From Octopus sinensis (Eukaryota), in NCBI RefSeq assembly GCF_006345805.1, contig NC_043005.1:109616001-109680000 (forward strand): a DNA stretch of 64,000 nt, given 5' to 3'. Shown here in pieces: positions 1-12,900 of this stretch; positions within the stretch are counted from its first letter, which is position 1, and every line of letters starts with the position of its first letter. Both the position numbers and the translations under genes were made by a program. The notes under the pieces were generated by a model. It saw only the letters and a list, made by a program, of their open reading frames with translations. It had not been told where the DNA came from and searched no databases.

Positions 1-260
1 ACCTGTCTTTGTCTTTTGTTTTTTTTTTGTAAATTCTTACTATATATATGTGTGTGTGTAGGGGAAGAATTCACAAAAAAAAGATGAAGACAGTTGTGTA
101 AACAACAAACAGATGTATTAGTTTAACACACAGGAAGTGAGAAAGTCTTTTATATTTCGAGCCTATGCTCTTTGACAGACAGGAACACAAAGAAATAAGA
201 AAAGAAAAGAAAGAGAGAAAATAAAGAATGTGTAGTGGCTAGTGATCTATGTATGTATAT
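1..260. mobile_element. Penelope-like (PLE) terminal-repeat fragments: inverted partial copy (1-40) plus direct copy (61-260) with a decayed hammerhead motif (145-183, minus)
   Basis: 61-260 aligns by eye with 57600-57775 (gggaag...gtattagt...gtcttttacgtttcgagc...gctcttcaacag). 1-40 resembles the reverse complement of the start of that repeat. The minus strand at 145-183 reads CTGTCAAA-GAGC-ATAG-GCTC-GAAAT-ATA-AAAGAC. Confidence 0.5.
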
Positions 261-285
261 ATATATATATAAATGTATGTATTTG

Positions 286-470
286 TGTCTCTGTTGGTGT
301 GTTTATGTCACCCGTTACTTAGCAGTTTGACAATAGAGACCAATAGAATAAGTATTAGAATAAATACTAGGCTTACAAAGAATAAGTCCTGGGATCGAAT
401 TGTTGAACTAAAAGGTGCTGCTCCATCATGGCCACAGTCAAATGACTGAAACAAATAAAAGAATAAGAGA
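286..470 (+). mobile_element. SINE family A, 3' half only
   Basis: gctggtgtgtttatgtc...gaataagtactaggcttacaaagaataagtcc...ggtgctcca.catggccacagtcaaatgactgaaacaa matches the 3' half of the full copies (e.g. 62862-63277). Confidence 0.85.
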
Positions 471-477
471 GTATATA

Positions 478-516
<39 letters not shown>

Positions 517-1441
517 TTGTGTGCAATGTAAATATGATACATGTATGACACTGTGAATACCACACTTCAAAATTCTTCAGTTTTCGAACTGACTCTTAGA
601 ACAACTTCACAAATATCCAATAGATACAAGGAGTATATATTATCTGCGCTAGCTTTACAATACTTACCCACATTGTACAGTATTTATTCCTTCTCCACAA
701 AACCTACCCTTATACTGAGTACCAGCTCAATCCATTCTTCTATGTTTTGTATGAAGCTTCTTTTTTTTTTATATAAGTTCCCAATAAGTAAAAATACAGA
801 TATTGATTAGTTAATGAAATTATGTATATGTGCTTGAGTGTATGTATATATGCCTGTGTACACAAATATATCTGCATATGTGCATCACACATACACACAC
901 ACTCATACACATAACACACATGCACGCTTTAATCCTCGTGCTTACATAGTATACGTATATTATTTGAACATAAGAAACACAAGAAGTGTGTTGTTTTGCC
1001 AATGAGGGACAAGAGCAAGGATGAGGGAAAGAAAGAGAGAGAAAGACGGAGAGGGAGAGAGAAAGAGAAAAAGAAAGAAAGAAAGAAGGAAAGAAAGAGA
1101 AATACCTTAGAAATAGAATTAAAATATCAAAACTAATGAAAAATAATGTATATATCATAATCTAACAGGAAATAAAAATGAAGAATAAAAAAACTTTCAA
1201 CTCAATTTTTACATCATTTTTCTTCTTATTCAAAGGGAAAAAAAATAATTCTGGCAATTATTTCCTTTATTTTTTTTCCAGTTATTATATTATATTTACC
1301 CATAAGATATGTATGTACTCTCATAATGTGTATATTTTCATACATGTGTAAATGCCTATGCGGGTGAGTGTATGTATAACTACTTATTTTGTGGATATGT
1401 GTATATATATATATATGTGTGTATAAGAGAGAAAATGACAG

Positions 1442-1497
<56 letters not shown>

Positions 1498-2089
1498 TGT
1501 TACATATATATGGATGTGTGTGTATGTGTGTTGGTGTAGATTATATATACACACATATATATATGTGTATGTGTGTGTATGCCAGCATGGAAAGCGGATG
1601 TTAAATGATGATGATGATGATGATATATAAATATGTATAACATATATATATACACACACTTCAAACACACATATACATATTTACATTTACATACACCCTA
1701 AAAGAAAGGAGTTTTCAAAGTAAGAGAAATAAGAAAAAGAAGGAAAGGAAGATTTTGTAAAATGAAGTGAAAAGGGGGGGGTGAGAAAGGGGAGGGGAGA
1801 GAAATCGAAGCGTGACAGCAGCGGAACTGAAGAAGGAGGTGTACAAATAAAAAAAGAGACTAAGCAGAATGGTAACAAACAACTGTTTGAATGCCCCATG
1901 GTGGGATCGAATAGATTTAATATCATTTTTTTTTGCGTATGTTTCCTTTTATTTTATATTTACCATTATTTTGTAATTTGTTAAGAGAGAAATATTGAAA
2001 AAGTTCAATTTCGGTTTGTAAAACAAACTCACTGTAATATAAACCATTAAATATAAAGAGTAAAATTATATACGTACATGTGGTGTATG

Positions 2090-2141
2090 TGGTACATACA
2101 TATATATATATGTATATATATATGTATATATATATATACAT

Positions 2142-2185
<44 letters not shown>

Positions 2186-2730
2186 TTATATATACATAAT
2201 AGTATATATATAATATATATATATATGTTATATATATATATATATATGTATAAATATATATATATATATAATATATATATTATATATATATATATGTATA
2301 TATATATACATATATATATCACCACACACACATATATATATATACATATGTGTGTGTATGCACATATATATCTATATATATATATATTTAATATAGCCAC
2401 ATACACATTCATGTATGCATATATATATATGAGTGTATGTATGTATGTAGGTATGCATGTATATATGTATGTAGTTATGTAGGTAGGTATTTATGTATGC
2501 ATGCATGTGTGTGTGTGTATGCATGAATGATTTGTATATATTGTGTACATGGATGCAATACATGTATATATAACCAGTTTAAAATGTTTATAGAGAGTGG
2601 GTATATATATATATATATATATATACATACAAACATACATATATATACACATATATATATGTGTGTGTGTGGTGTGTGTGTGTGTGTATACTCATAATAT
2701 ATATGCTGCACATTATCTTTATATATATTA

Positions 2731-2798
<68 letters not shown>

Positions 2799-2815
2799 GT
2801 CTGTATATATATGTG

Positions 2816-2861
<46 letters not shown>

Positions 2862-2870
2862 TTAATTAAT
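2090..2870. repeat. Long degenerate (TA)n/(TATG)n/(TG)n microsatellite field
   Basis: Directly visible. It generates the YIYIYI/MYVCM ORFs in the track. Confidence 0.95.
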
Positions 2871-2993
2871 CAATCGACATTTATTCTTTACAAAATTTAA
2901 CAGTGAAAATAGTGGTTTTCAATCACCCACTCATACATAATCTCACTTATTAATAAACATATACATGCATGGTACTATGTAGAAATATATATT

Positions 2994-3406
2994 CTCTTTT
3001 ACTCTTTTTACTCTTTTACTTGTTTCAGTCATTTGACTGCGGCCATGCTGGAGCACCGCCTTTGATCGAGCAACTCGACCCCCGGGACTTATTCTTTTAT
3101 AAGCCCAGTACTTATTCTATCGGTCTCTTTTGCCGAACAGCTAAGTAATGGGGACATAAACACACCAGCATCGGTTGTCAAGCAATGCTAGGAGGACAAA
3201 CGCAGACACACAAACACACACACGCATATATATACATATATACGACGGGCTTCTTTCAGTTTCCGCCTACCAAATCCACTCACAAGGCTTTGGTCGGCCC
3301 GAGGCTATAGTAGAAGACACTTGCCCAAGGTGCCACGCAGTGGGACTGAACCCGGAACCATGTGGTTGGTAAACAAGCTACTTACCACACAGCCACTCCT
3401 ACGCCT
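2994..3406 (-). mobile_element. Full-length tRNA-derived SINE, family A
   Basis: The reverse complement starts aggcgtaggagtggctgtgtggtaag (A-box-like) ...ggttcagtccc (B-box-like), has an internal (TA/TG) microsatellite, and ends in a (AAAAGAGT)n tail. Confidence 0.9.
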
Positions 3407-3613
3407 ATGTATACATTCATACATATATATGTATGTGTGTACACGTATACATGTGTGCACATGTGTATATTTGTGTGTGTGTTGTATTAGTAGGTGACCT
3501 TAGCATTGCATTACTTAAAGTTTTACATTTTCAAAATTCACTTCTGATTGTTCAGAAGTTTAATACAAAATTTTGACTATTTGTTTCTAGTGTCTGTCTC
3601 CTACTTTCTGTAC

Positions 3614-3678
<65 letters not shown>

Positions 3679-4225
3679 CCTATATATATATATATATACT
3701 ATATATATATATATAATATATATTACATATATATATATATACATATATATATATAAATATACATATATATATATATTCTACATATATATATATTATATAT
3801 ATACCTTCTCTATAATGTTGCTACTTATTTGTAAATTTTTGTATTATATGGAAACCTTATAATTGGCTGATGAGTACTCAGCATCTTAAATCTGTTGTAA
3901 TACTTACAACATTTAATAAAATGATGTTGTACGAAACGATCGTACCAAATTACCAGAGCCATTCTTGTTGCTTATTTTGATTATAATCACCACAAGGATT
4001 TTTATGAATAACACCATACAAAATTCTGGTGCATCTAAATTAAGTACCATATTCATTTGAATCTAAATTTTTGCTGAACTTATATAAATATATATATATA
4101 TATATCAGTAGAATAAAGTTAAAACAGTCTGGTTTTTATGTTTTTTATTATAGCATTTTAAAAAATTAACGCATTCATACTTAAAGTGTTGTCTTTTGGG
4201 ATGGTCATTTAAAAATTTTTTTGCC

Positions 4226-4396
4226 AGATGCTGGTGTGTTTATGTCCCCGTAACTTAGTGGTTCGGCAAAGAGACCGATAGAATAAGTACTAGTCTTACA
4301 AAGAATAAGTCTTGGGGTCGATTTGCTCGATTAAAGGTGGTGCTCCAGCATGGCCGCAGTCAAATGACTGAAACAAGTAAAAGAGTAAAAAGAGAG
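4226..4396 (+). mobile_element. SINE family A, 3' half
   Basis: gatgctggtgtgtttatgtccccgtaacttagtggttcggcaaagagaccgatag...gaaacaagtaaaagagtaaaaagag. Confidence 0.88.
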
Positions 4397-4753
4397 TATA
4401 CACATGCACTGTGTAGTCGTCCTTCCCTCGTTTATTACCTTTCCTATTCTAACTCACGTCCATTGTCTGGAAATCTTTCGTCACACATCTGTGACCTCCT
4501 CAGTCACACTTTCCATCTTCGTGTGTGTTCTTGCTCAGCTTATTCCATTCATATATATAGATGGTGATGATGATGATGGATTCTCTTGTCATGATTAACA
4601 AATGTGGGTTCTGTAAAATAAAGCAGTAATCATGTTCTATGGACATGAATGTGTCTCTTGAAGCTTGCTGGTGCCTTGCAAACCTTTTGGCAAATAGAAC
4701 AAGTTGAGGACTCAGTTTGCTTGTGAATCATTTATACTCGTACACATACATAT

Positions 4754-5157
4754 ACTCTTTTTAACTCTTTTACTTGTTTCAGTCATTTGACTGCGGCCAT
4801 GCTGAAGCACCACCTTTAGTCGAGCAAATCGACCCTGGGACTTATTCTTTGTAAGCCCAGTACTTATTCTATCGGTCTCTTTTTGCCGAACCGCTAAGTG
4901 ATGGGGACGTAAACACACCAGCATCAGTTGTCAAGCAATGCTAGGGGGATAAACACAGACACACAAACATACATATATATATATACATATATACGACAGG
5001 CTTCTTTCAGTTTCCCTCTACCAAATCCACTCACAAGGCATTGGTCATCCCGGGGCTATAGCAGAAGACACTTGCCCAAGATGCCACACAGTGGGACTGA
5101 ACCCGGAACCATGTGGTTGGTTAGCAAGCGACTTACCACACAGCCACTCCTGCGCCT
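4754..5157 (-). mobile_element. Full-length SINE family A
   Basis: Same head and tail as 2994-3406; ends ccacacagccactcctgcgcct on the plus strand. Confidence 0.9.
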
Positions 5158-5383
5158 TATTATTAATATGCTTATTATTTTTATTAATATTAAAGGAGTA
5201 AGCTGGGAGAATTGTTAGCATGGCAAAGTGTTCTGTGCCATTTCTTCAGACTTTTTACTTTCTATGTTCAGAGAAGTACAAGCTGAAGTGTATCATGATT
5301 GAAGGAGGAGATGGAAACTTATTACACAAAGCACAACTTGGATTTCCTTTGATTCAGTCTACACATGGGTAAAGTTCTGTGGT

Positions 5384-5830
5384 TACTCTTTTACTCTTTT
5401 ACTTCTTTCAGTCATTTGACTGCGGCCATGCTGGAGCACCGCCTTTAATCGAGCAACTCGACCCCGGGACTTATTCTTTTGTAAGCCCAGTACTTATTCT
5501 ATCGGTCTCTTTTGCCGAACCGCTAAATAACGGGGACATAAACACACCAGCATCAGTTGTCAAGCAATGCTTGGGGGACAAACACAGACACACAAACACA
5601 CACACATACATATATATAGACACACAAACATACACACATACATATATATATATATATATACATATATACGACGGGCTTCTTTCAGTTTCCGTCTACCAAA
5701 TCCACTCACAAGGCTTTGGTCAGGCCGAAGCTATAGTAGAAGACACTTGCCCAAGGTGCCACGCAGTGGGACTGAACCTGGAACCATGTGGTTGGTAAAC
5801 AAGCTACTTACCACACAGCCACGCCTGCCC
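5384..5830 (-). mobile_element. Full-length SINE family A
   Basis: Same family, with an expanded internal (CA/TA) tract. Confidence 0.9.
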
Positions 5831-5994
5831 TATAAAAAGTGTGCGAGACAGCGCCAGTGGTTTTCAGGGTATGAAGAATTCAACGAGAGTTCAGATTAAC
5901 GAAGTAACCACACGGCTAAGCCCACGCAGTTTGCCTTTGTGGAAAAATTTGAAACCATTATTATCATCATCATCATTATTATTATTATTATTAC

Positions 5995-6040
<46 letters not shown>

Positions 6041-6042
<2 letters not shown>

Positions 6043-6288
6043 GGTGGCAAGCTGGCAGAACCATTAGCATACTGGGGGAAATGCTTGGCAGTATTTTGTC
6101 TGCTGCCACATTCGGAGTTCAAATTCTGCCAAGGTCGACTTAGCCTTTCATCCTTTCAGGGTTGACAAAATAAGTACCAGTTGAACACTGGGGTCGATGT
6201 AATCAACTTAACACCTCCCCCAAAACTGCTGCCTTTGTGGAAAAATTTGAAACCCTTATTATTATTATTATCATCATCATCATCATCA

Positions 6289-6343
<55 letters not shown>

Positions 6344-6490
6344 GATTATTAAGGTGGCCAACTGGCAAAATTGTTAGTATGCTGGATGAAATGCTTAGTG
6401 GTACTTTGCCTGTCACTATGTTCTGAGTTCAAATTCTACTGAGGTCAACTTTACCTTTCATCCTTTCAGGGTCAATAAATTAAGTACCAG
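6041..6490 (+). mobile_element. Two tandem copies of SINE family B (6041-6250, 6351-6490) separated by (TTA)n
   Basis: Both start aaggtggc.a.ctggca.aa...ttagcat and contain gagttcaaattc (B-box-like) followed by cctttcatcctttcagggt...aagtaccag. Both are preceded by gcctttgtggaaaaatttgaaacc+(TTA)n. Confidence 0.8.
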
Positions 6491-6714
6491 CAATCAGACA
6501 GGTGAGCTAGTGGAATAGCAATGTAGATAAAGCCTTCAAAGCTAAGAGACAGGCCAGAAAGATGAGAGAAAAGAGAATAACAGAGACTAAGGATATATTG
6601 GATTGCAATGCAGTTTACTCAAGAGAATTGAGAGCTGAGAGTTCAGAAGTTTAATACGAAATTTTGACTATTTGTTTCTTTTAGTTATATTATTGTCTGT
6701 CTCCAACTTTCTGT

Positions 6715-7466
<752 letters not shown>

Positions 7467-7789
7467 TCGACATCAGTGGCAGACGCCATTAGAAAAACTT
7501 ATATATGTTTGCAAAGCAGCCTTCACTTTCATCACGACCTGGTGGTTACCGCCCGTTGACGAGGGACAACAATCCCGAAACTAGTTCGAGCGTATCACTC
7601 AGGCTTGCGAGGAAGGGATGGCCTCCCTTTGCAAATACTCCAAGGACACTGATATTGTGTCTAAAGCCAGCTAGAGACGAAGATCTCTTGGGGCTATAAA
7701 GCTACAGTAACACCCCCTCCCCAATGTGGTTAGCCATGATAAGATGGCTTCTATACTTTATATATATATATATATATATATACGTATAA

Positions 7790-8010
7790 AGTTAAACCAA
7801 ACATGAAAACACAAAGAGAAAACACAACAACGCGAAGACATGGAACAAGTATAGTGTTATTGGACGCTCAGGAAAGCAAAGAAAGAAGGAGGATTTAACA
7901 TTTCAAGCAGAGCTCTTCGTCAGAAACATAGTAAAAAGAAAGATCCAAAGAAGGGAAGACGGAAGAAAAAAAATCGCCAATGGTACACATGCGGTACACC
8001 CGCGGTCACA
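7790..8010. mobile_element. Penelope-like terminal-repeat fragment
   Basis: Same architecture as 57600-57775 (gtgttattggacgctcagga...acatttcaagcagagctcttcgtcagaaac) and carries a hammerhead core on the minus strand. Confidence 0.5.
7893..7928 (-). ncRNA. Minimal type I hammerhead ribozyme-like motif (slightly decayed)
   Basis: The minus strand reads GTTT-CTGACGA-A-GAGC-TCT-GCTT-GAAAT-GTT-AAAT: CUGANGA core, stem II, GAAA, and stem I GUUU/AAAU. Confidence 0.5.
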
Positions 8011-8073
8011 TATATATATATATATACATATATACATACACATAGCCATACTTACATACATATATACATACAT

Positions 8074-8128
<55 letters not shown>

Positions 8129-8680
8129 CAATTGAGGATAAAATCTTTAAAAGAAATTATCAGTAGTTTTTATTCCGATAGACAATTTGTTACCGAAATG
8201 CATTGCGAATAAGCCCGCCATTTTCATAGATATGTAAAGATAAATATTCGCATGCTACGACGAATTCTACGGTTGGCTATCGAGCTTGTAATGTTATGTT
8301 TTCTCTTATATTTCTTGAGTTTGTTTGCACTGATGAACATAAAAATGCATATTCTGCATTTAAATGCGAATCACATGTGATATGTAACTGAATTCTTTTT
8401 TAAAATGATGTGTTTTGAAGTTTTGCATTCGGTAAAATTTTGTTTATTTAGTAGTTTTGACCGCATTGGTCCCTCTTAGCGTGTTGGTATCTACGAATAG
8501 TAGTACCCTCAATATAATATATATATATATATATAAGTAGACAAATGAATTATCTTATTACGGATAATTCGAAAGATAACCGATACCTGGGTAGCAAACT
8601 CACAACAGAAAGGGCACGGTTGAAGTTACGACCATAGGGCATAAAATCTGTGCCTTAGTGCGGAAATTTGAAGTTTTTAT

Positions 8681-9098
8681 ATATTAAGTATAGTAAGAAT
8701 GAGCTGAACGAAGATTTAACAAAATTCCTTTATTTTTTTTTCGACATATGTTTCGAAGTCTGCAAAGCCCCTAATTCTGAATGAATAAGGAGTCCATTAT
8801 GCAGCTTTCTTTCTCTCAAACGAAAATCCAGGAACTTATTCTTTTCGACAACTGCTCACGAGGAGCCCATAAAAATAATGATCCATTATTTTTTATGGCT
8901 CTCGTGAGCAGTCGTCGAAAAGCTTGTTGTGCATTTTGTTGGAGAATTAAGTTCCTGGATTTTCGTGAAGAGAAAGCTGCATAATGGACTCCTATTCATT
9001 CAGAATTAGGAACTTTGTCAGACTTCGAAACATATGTCGAAAATAAAATAAAGGAATTTTGTTAAATCTTCGTTCAGCTCCATTCTTTCCTATACTTA

Positions 9099-9102
<4 letters not shown>
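8681..9102. mobile_element. ~420-bp near-perfect palindromic element (MITE/foldback-like)
   Basis: The left arm atattaagtatag..gagctgaacgaagatttaacaaaattcc... is the reverse complement of the right arm ...ggaattttgttaaatcttcgttcagctc..ctatacttaatat. The centre is aataatgatccattatt (~8874-8890). Flanks are TA. Confidence 0.8.
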
Positions 9103-9144
<42 letters not shown>

Positions 9145-9906
9145 GTATGTATGATACATACAGCCATATATCCATGCACTGAGACATATAAATTCTTAGA
9201 TTATTGAAATTGTTCATGCTTGTGATGTATTGACAGCCTCATGCATGCACACATGCATGTGCATGCATGCATGCAATCACACACATGCACACACAGACGC
9301 AGCAGTCTGTTATAAAACTTAAAAACAATCCGAAATTATACAGCGCCTCTTTAACGGAAGAACATGAATTCAAGAATTTATTCAATAACTAATGTATTTC
9401 CCATTTTGTTGTTGTTCTCATTATTGATTTTTTTTTTCTTTTCTCCATTTCATTTTAGGATTTTAAATAATTTTTTTCCTGTTATTCATATTTCCTTACT
9501 TCTTTACCATTCTTACTTTTATTAATCTGCCCTCATCCGTTGCACTGGTGGAAATAAAAGACGATGTTGTTGTTGTTGTTGGTGTTATTACTTTACTTTC
9601 ATTTTTTTCCTCTCTTCTCTTTCCTTTGATTCAGTTTGTTGAAGATTTTAAAGTTGTTATTGTTGCTGTTGCTGGTGTTGCTGATGATGTCTTCATTGTT
9701 GCTGTTGTTGTTGTTGTTATTGCTATCCTTGTTGTTGCTGTTGAAGTGTTATTATGTTTTTCTTTATAATTGCATTCAAGTTCTCACCGTTTCATTGTTA
9801 TTTATAATGAGTAAACAGTGAGATTTTTGAGCATCCATCCTTGTTACATGTATTACATTATTATGTTCAAGTACATGACAATATAAATGGTTGATATCAT
9901 TGCCCA

Positions 9907-12900
9907 TTAAAAAGATGGCCATCTGTCGATTGCAGTGGTGAGGGTTGCAATGAGGAGTGTTGCAGTGATGAGTGTTGCAGCGATGAGGGTTGCAGTGATG
10001 AGGGTTGCAGCGATGAGGGTTGCAGTGATGAGGGTTGCAGTGATGAGTCTTGCAGTGATGAGGGTTGCAGTGATGAGTGTTGCAGCGATGAGGGTTGCAG
10101 TGATGAGGGTTGCAATGATGAGTGTTGCAGCGATGAGGGTTGCAGCGATGAGTGTTGCAGTGATGAGGGTTGCAGTGATGAGGGTTGCAGTGATGAGTGG
10201 TTGCAGTGATGAGTGTTGCAGTGATGAGTGTTGCAGTGATGAGGGTTGCAATGATGAGTGTTGCAGCGATGAGGGTTGCAGCGATGAGTGTTGCAGTGAT
10301 GAGGGTTGCAGTGATGAGTGTTGCAGCGATGAGGGTTGCAGTGATGAGGGTTGCAATGATGAGTGTTGCAGCGATGAGGGTTGCAGTGATGAGTGTTGCA
10401 GTGATGAGTGTTGCAGTGATGAGGGTTGCAGTGATGAGGGTTGCAGTGATGAGTGTTGCAGCGATGAGGGTTGCAGTGATGAGGGTTGCAGTGATGAGTG
10501 TTGCAGTGATGAGTGTTGCAGTGATGAGGGTTGCAATGATGAGTGTTGCAGCGATGAGGGTTGCAGTGATGAGTCTTGCAGTGATGAGTGTTGCAGTGAT
10601 GAGGGTTGCAGTGATGAGGGTTTGCAGTGATGAGTGTGTTGCAGTGATGAGTGTTTGCAGTGATGAGGGTTGCAATGATGAGTGTTGCAAGCGATGAGGG
10701 TTGCAGTGATGAGTCTGCAGTGATGAGTGTTGCAGTGATGAGGGTTGCAGTGATGAGGGTTGCAGTGATGAGTGTTGCAGCGATGAGGGTTGCAGTGATG
10801 AGGGTTGCAGTGATGAGGGTTGCAGTGATGAGTGGTGCAGTGATGAGGGTTGCAATGATGAGTGTTGCAGTGATGAGGGTTGCAGTGATGAGTCTTGCAG
10901 TGATGAGGGTTGCATTGATGATTGTGCAGCGATGAGGGTTGCAGTGATGAGGGTTGCATGATGAGTGTTGCAGCGATGAGGTTGCAGCGAATGATGTTGC
11001 AGTGATGAGGGTTGCAGTGATGAGGGTTGCAGTGATGAGTGTTGCAGTGATGAGTGTTGCAGTGATGAGTGTTGCAGTGATGAGGGTTGCAATGATGAGG
11101 TTGCAGCGATGAGGGTTGCAGTGATGAGTGTTGCAGTGATGAGTGGTTGCAGTGATGAGGGTTGCAGTGATGAGGGTTGCAGTGATGAGTGTTGCAGTGA
11201 TGAGGTTGCGTGATGAGGGTTGCATTGATGAGTGGTTGCAGTGATGATTGTTGCAGTGATGAGGGTTGCAGTGATGAGGTTTGCAGTGATGAGGGTTGCA
11301 ATGATGAGTGTTGCAGCGATGAGGGTTGCAGTGATGAGGGTTGCAGTGATGAGGGTTGCAGTGATGAGTGTTGCAGTGATGAGGGTTGCAGTGATGAGGG
11401 TTGCAGTGATGAGTGTTGCAGTGATGAGTGTTGCAGTGATGAGGGTTGCAGCAATGAGGTTTGCAGTGATGAGGGTTGCAATGAGGAGTGTTGCAGTGAT
11501 GAGGGTTGCAGTGATGAGTCTTGCAGTGATGAGGGTTGCAGTGATGAGGGTTGCAGTGATGAGTGTTGCAGTGATGAGTGTTGCAGTGATGAGTGTTGCA
11601 GTGATGAGGGTTGCAGTGATGAGTGTTGCAGTGATGAGTGTTGCAGCGATGAGGGTTGCAGTGATGAGGGTTGCAGTGATGAGTGTTGCAGTGATGAGTG
11701 TTGCAGTGATGAGTGTTGCAGTGATGAGGGTTGCAGCAATGAGGTTTGCAGTGATGAGGGTTGCAATGAGGAGTGTTGCAGTGATGAGTGTTGCAGTGAT
11801 GAGTGTTGCAGTGATGAGGGTTGCAGTGATGAGTGTTGCAGTGATGAGGGTTGCAGTGATGAGGGTTGCAGTGATGAGGTTTGCAGTGATGAGGTTGCAA
11901 TGAGGAGTGTTGCAGTGATGAGGGTTGCAGTGATGAGTGTTGCAGTGATGAGGGTTGCAGTGATGAGGTTGGCAGTGATGAGTGTTGCAGTGATGAGTGT
12001 TGCAGTGATGAGTTTGCAGTGATGAGGGTTGCAGTGATGAGTGTTGCAGTGATTGGTTGCAGTGATGAGGGTTGACAATGAGGAGTGTTGCAGTGATGAG
12101 TGTTGCAGTGATGAGGGTTGCAGTGATGAGTCTTGCAGTGATGAGGGTTGCAGTGATGAGGGTTGCAGTGATGAGTTTGCAGTGATGAGTGGTTGCAGTG
12201 ATGAGTGTTGCGTGATGAGGTTTGCAGTGATGAGTGTTGCAGTGATGAGGGTTGCAATGAGGAGTGTTGCAGTGATGAGTGTTGCAGCGATGAGGGTTGC
12301 AGTGATGAGTGGTGCAGCATGAGGGTTGCAGCAATGAGTGTTGCAGTGATGAGGTTGCAGTGATGAGGGTTGCAATGAGAGTGTTGCAGTGATGAGGGTT
12401 TGCAGTGAGAGGGTTGCATGATGAGTGTTGCAGTGATGATGTTGCAGTGATGAGGGTTGCAATGATGAGTGTTGCAGTGATGAGGGTTGCAGTGATGAGT
12501 GTTGCAGTGATGAGGGTTGCAGTGATGAGGGTTGCAGATGGGGAGTGTTGCAGTGATGATGGTTGCAGTGATGAGGGTTGCAGTGATGAGTGTTGCAGTG
12601 ATGAGTGTTGCAGTGATGAGGGTTGCATGATGAGTGTTGCAGTGATGGTTGCAATGATGAGTGTTGCAGTGATGAGGGTTGCAGTGATGAGTGTTGCAGT
12701 GATGAGGGTTTGCAGTGATGAGGGTTGCAGTGATGAGTGTTGCAGTGATGATGGTTGCAGTGATGAGGGTTGCAGTGATGATGTTGCAGTGATGAGTGTT
12801 GCAGTGATGAGGGTTGCAATGATGAGTTTCAGTGATGAGTTTGCAGTGATGATTGTTGCAGTGATGAGTGTTGCAGGATGATGTTTTTGGCAGTGATGGA

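Noticed and set aside
3905-4040. Minus-strand AG...GTAAGT-bounded segment resembling an exon
   Set aside because: All three frames contain a stop before the donor.
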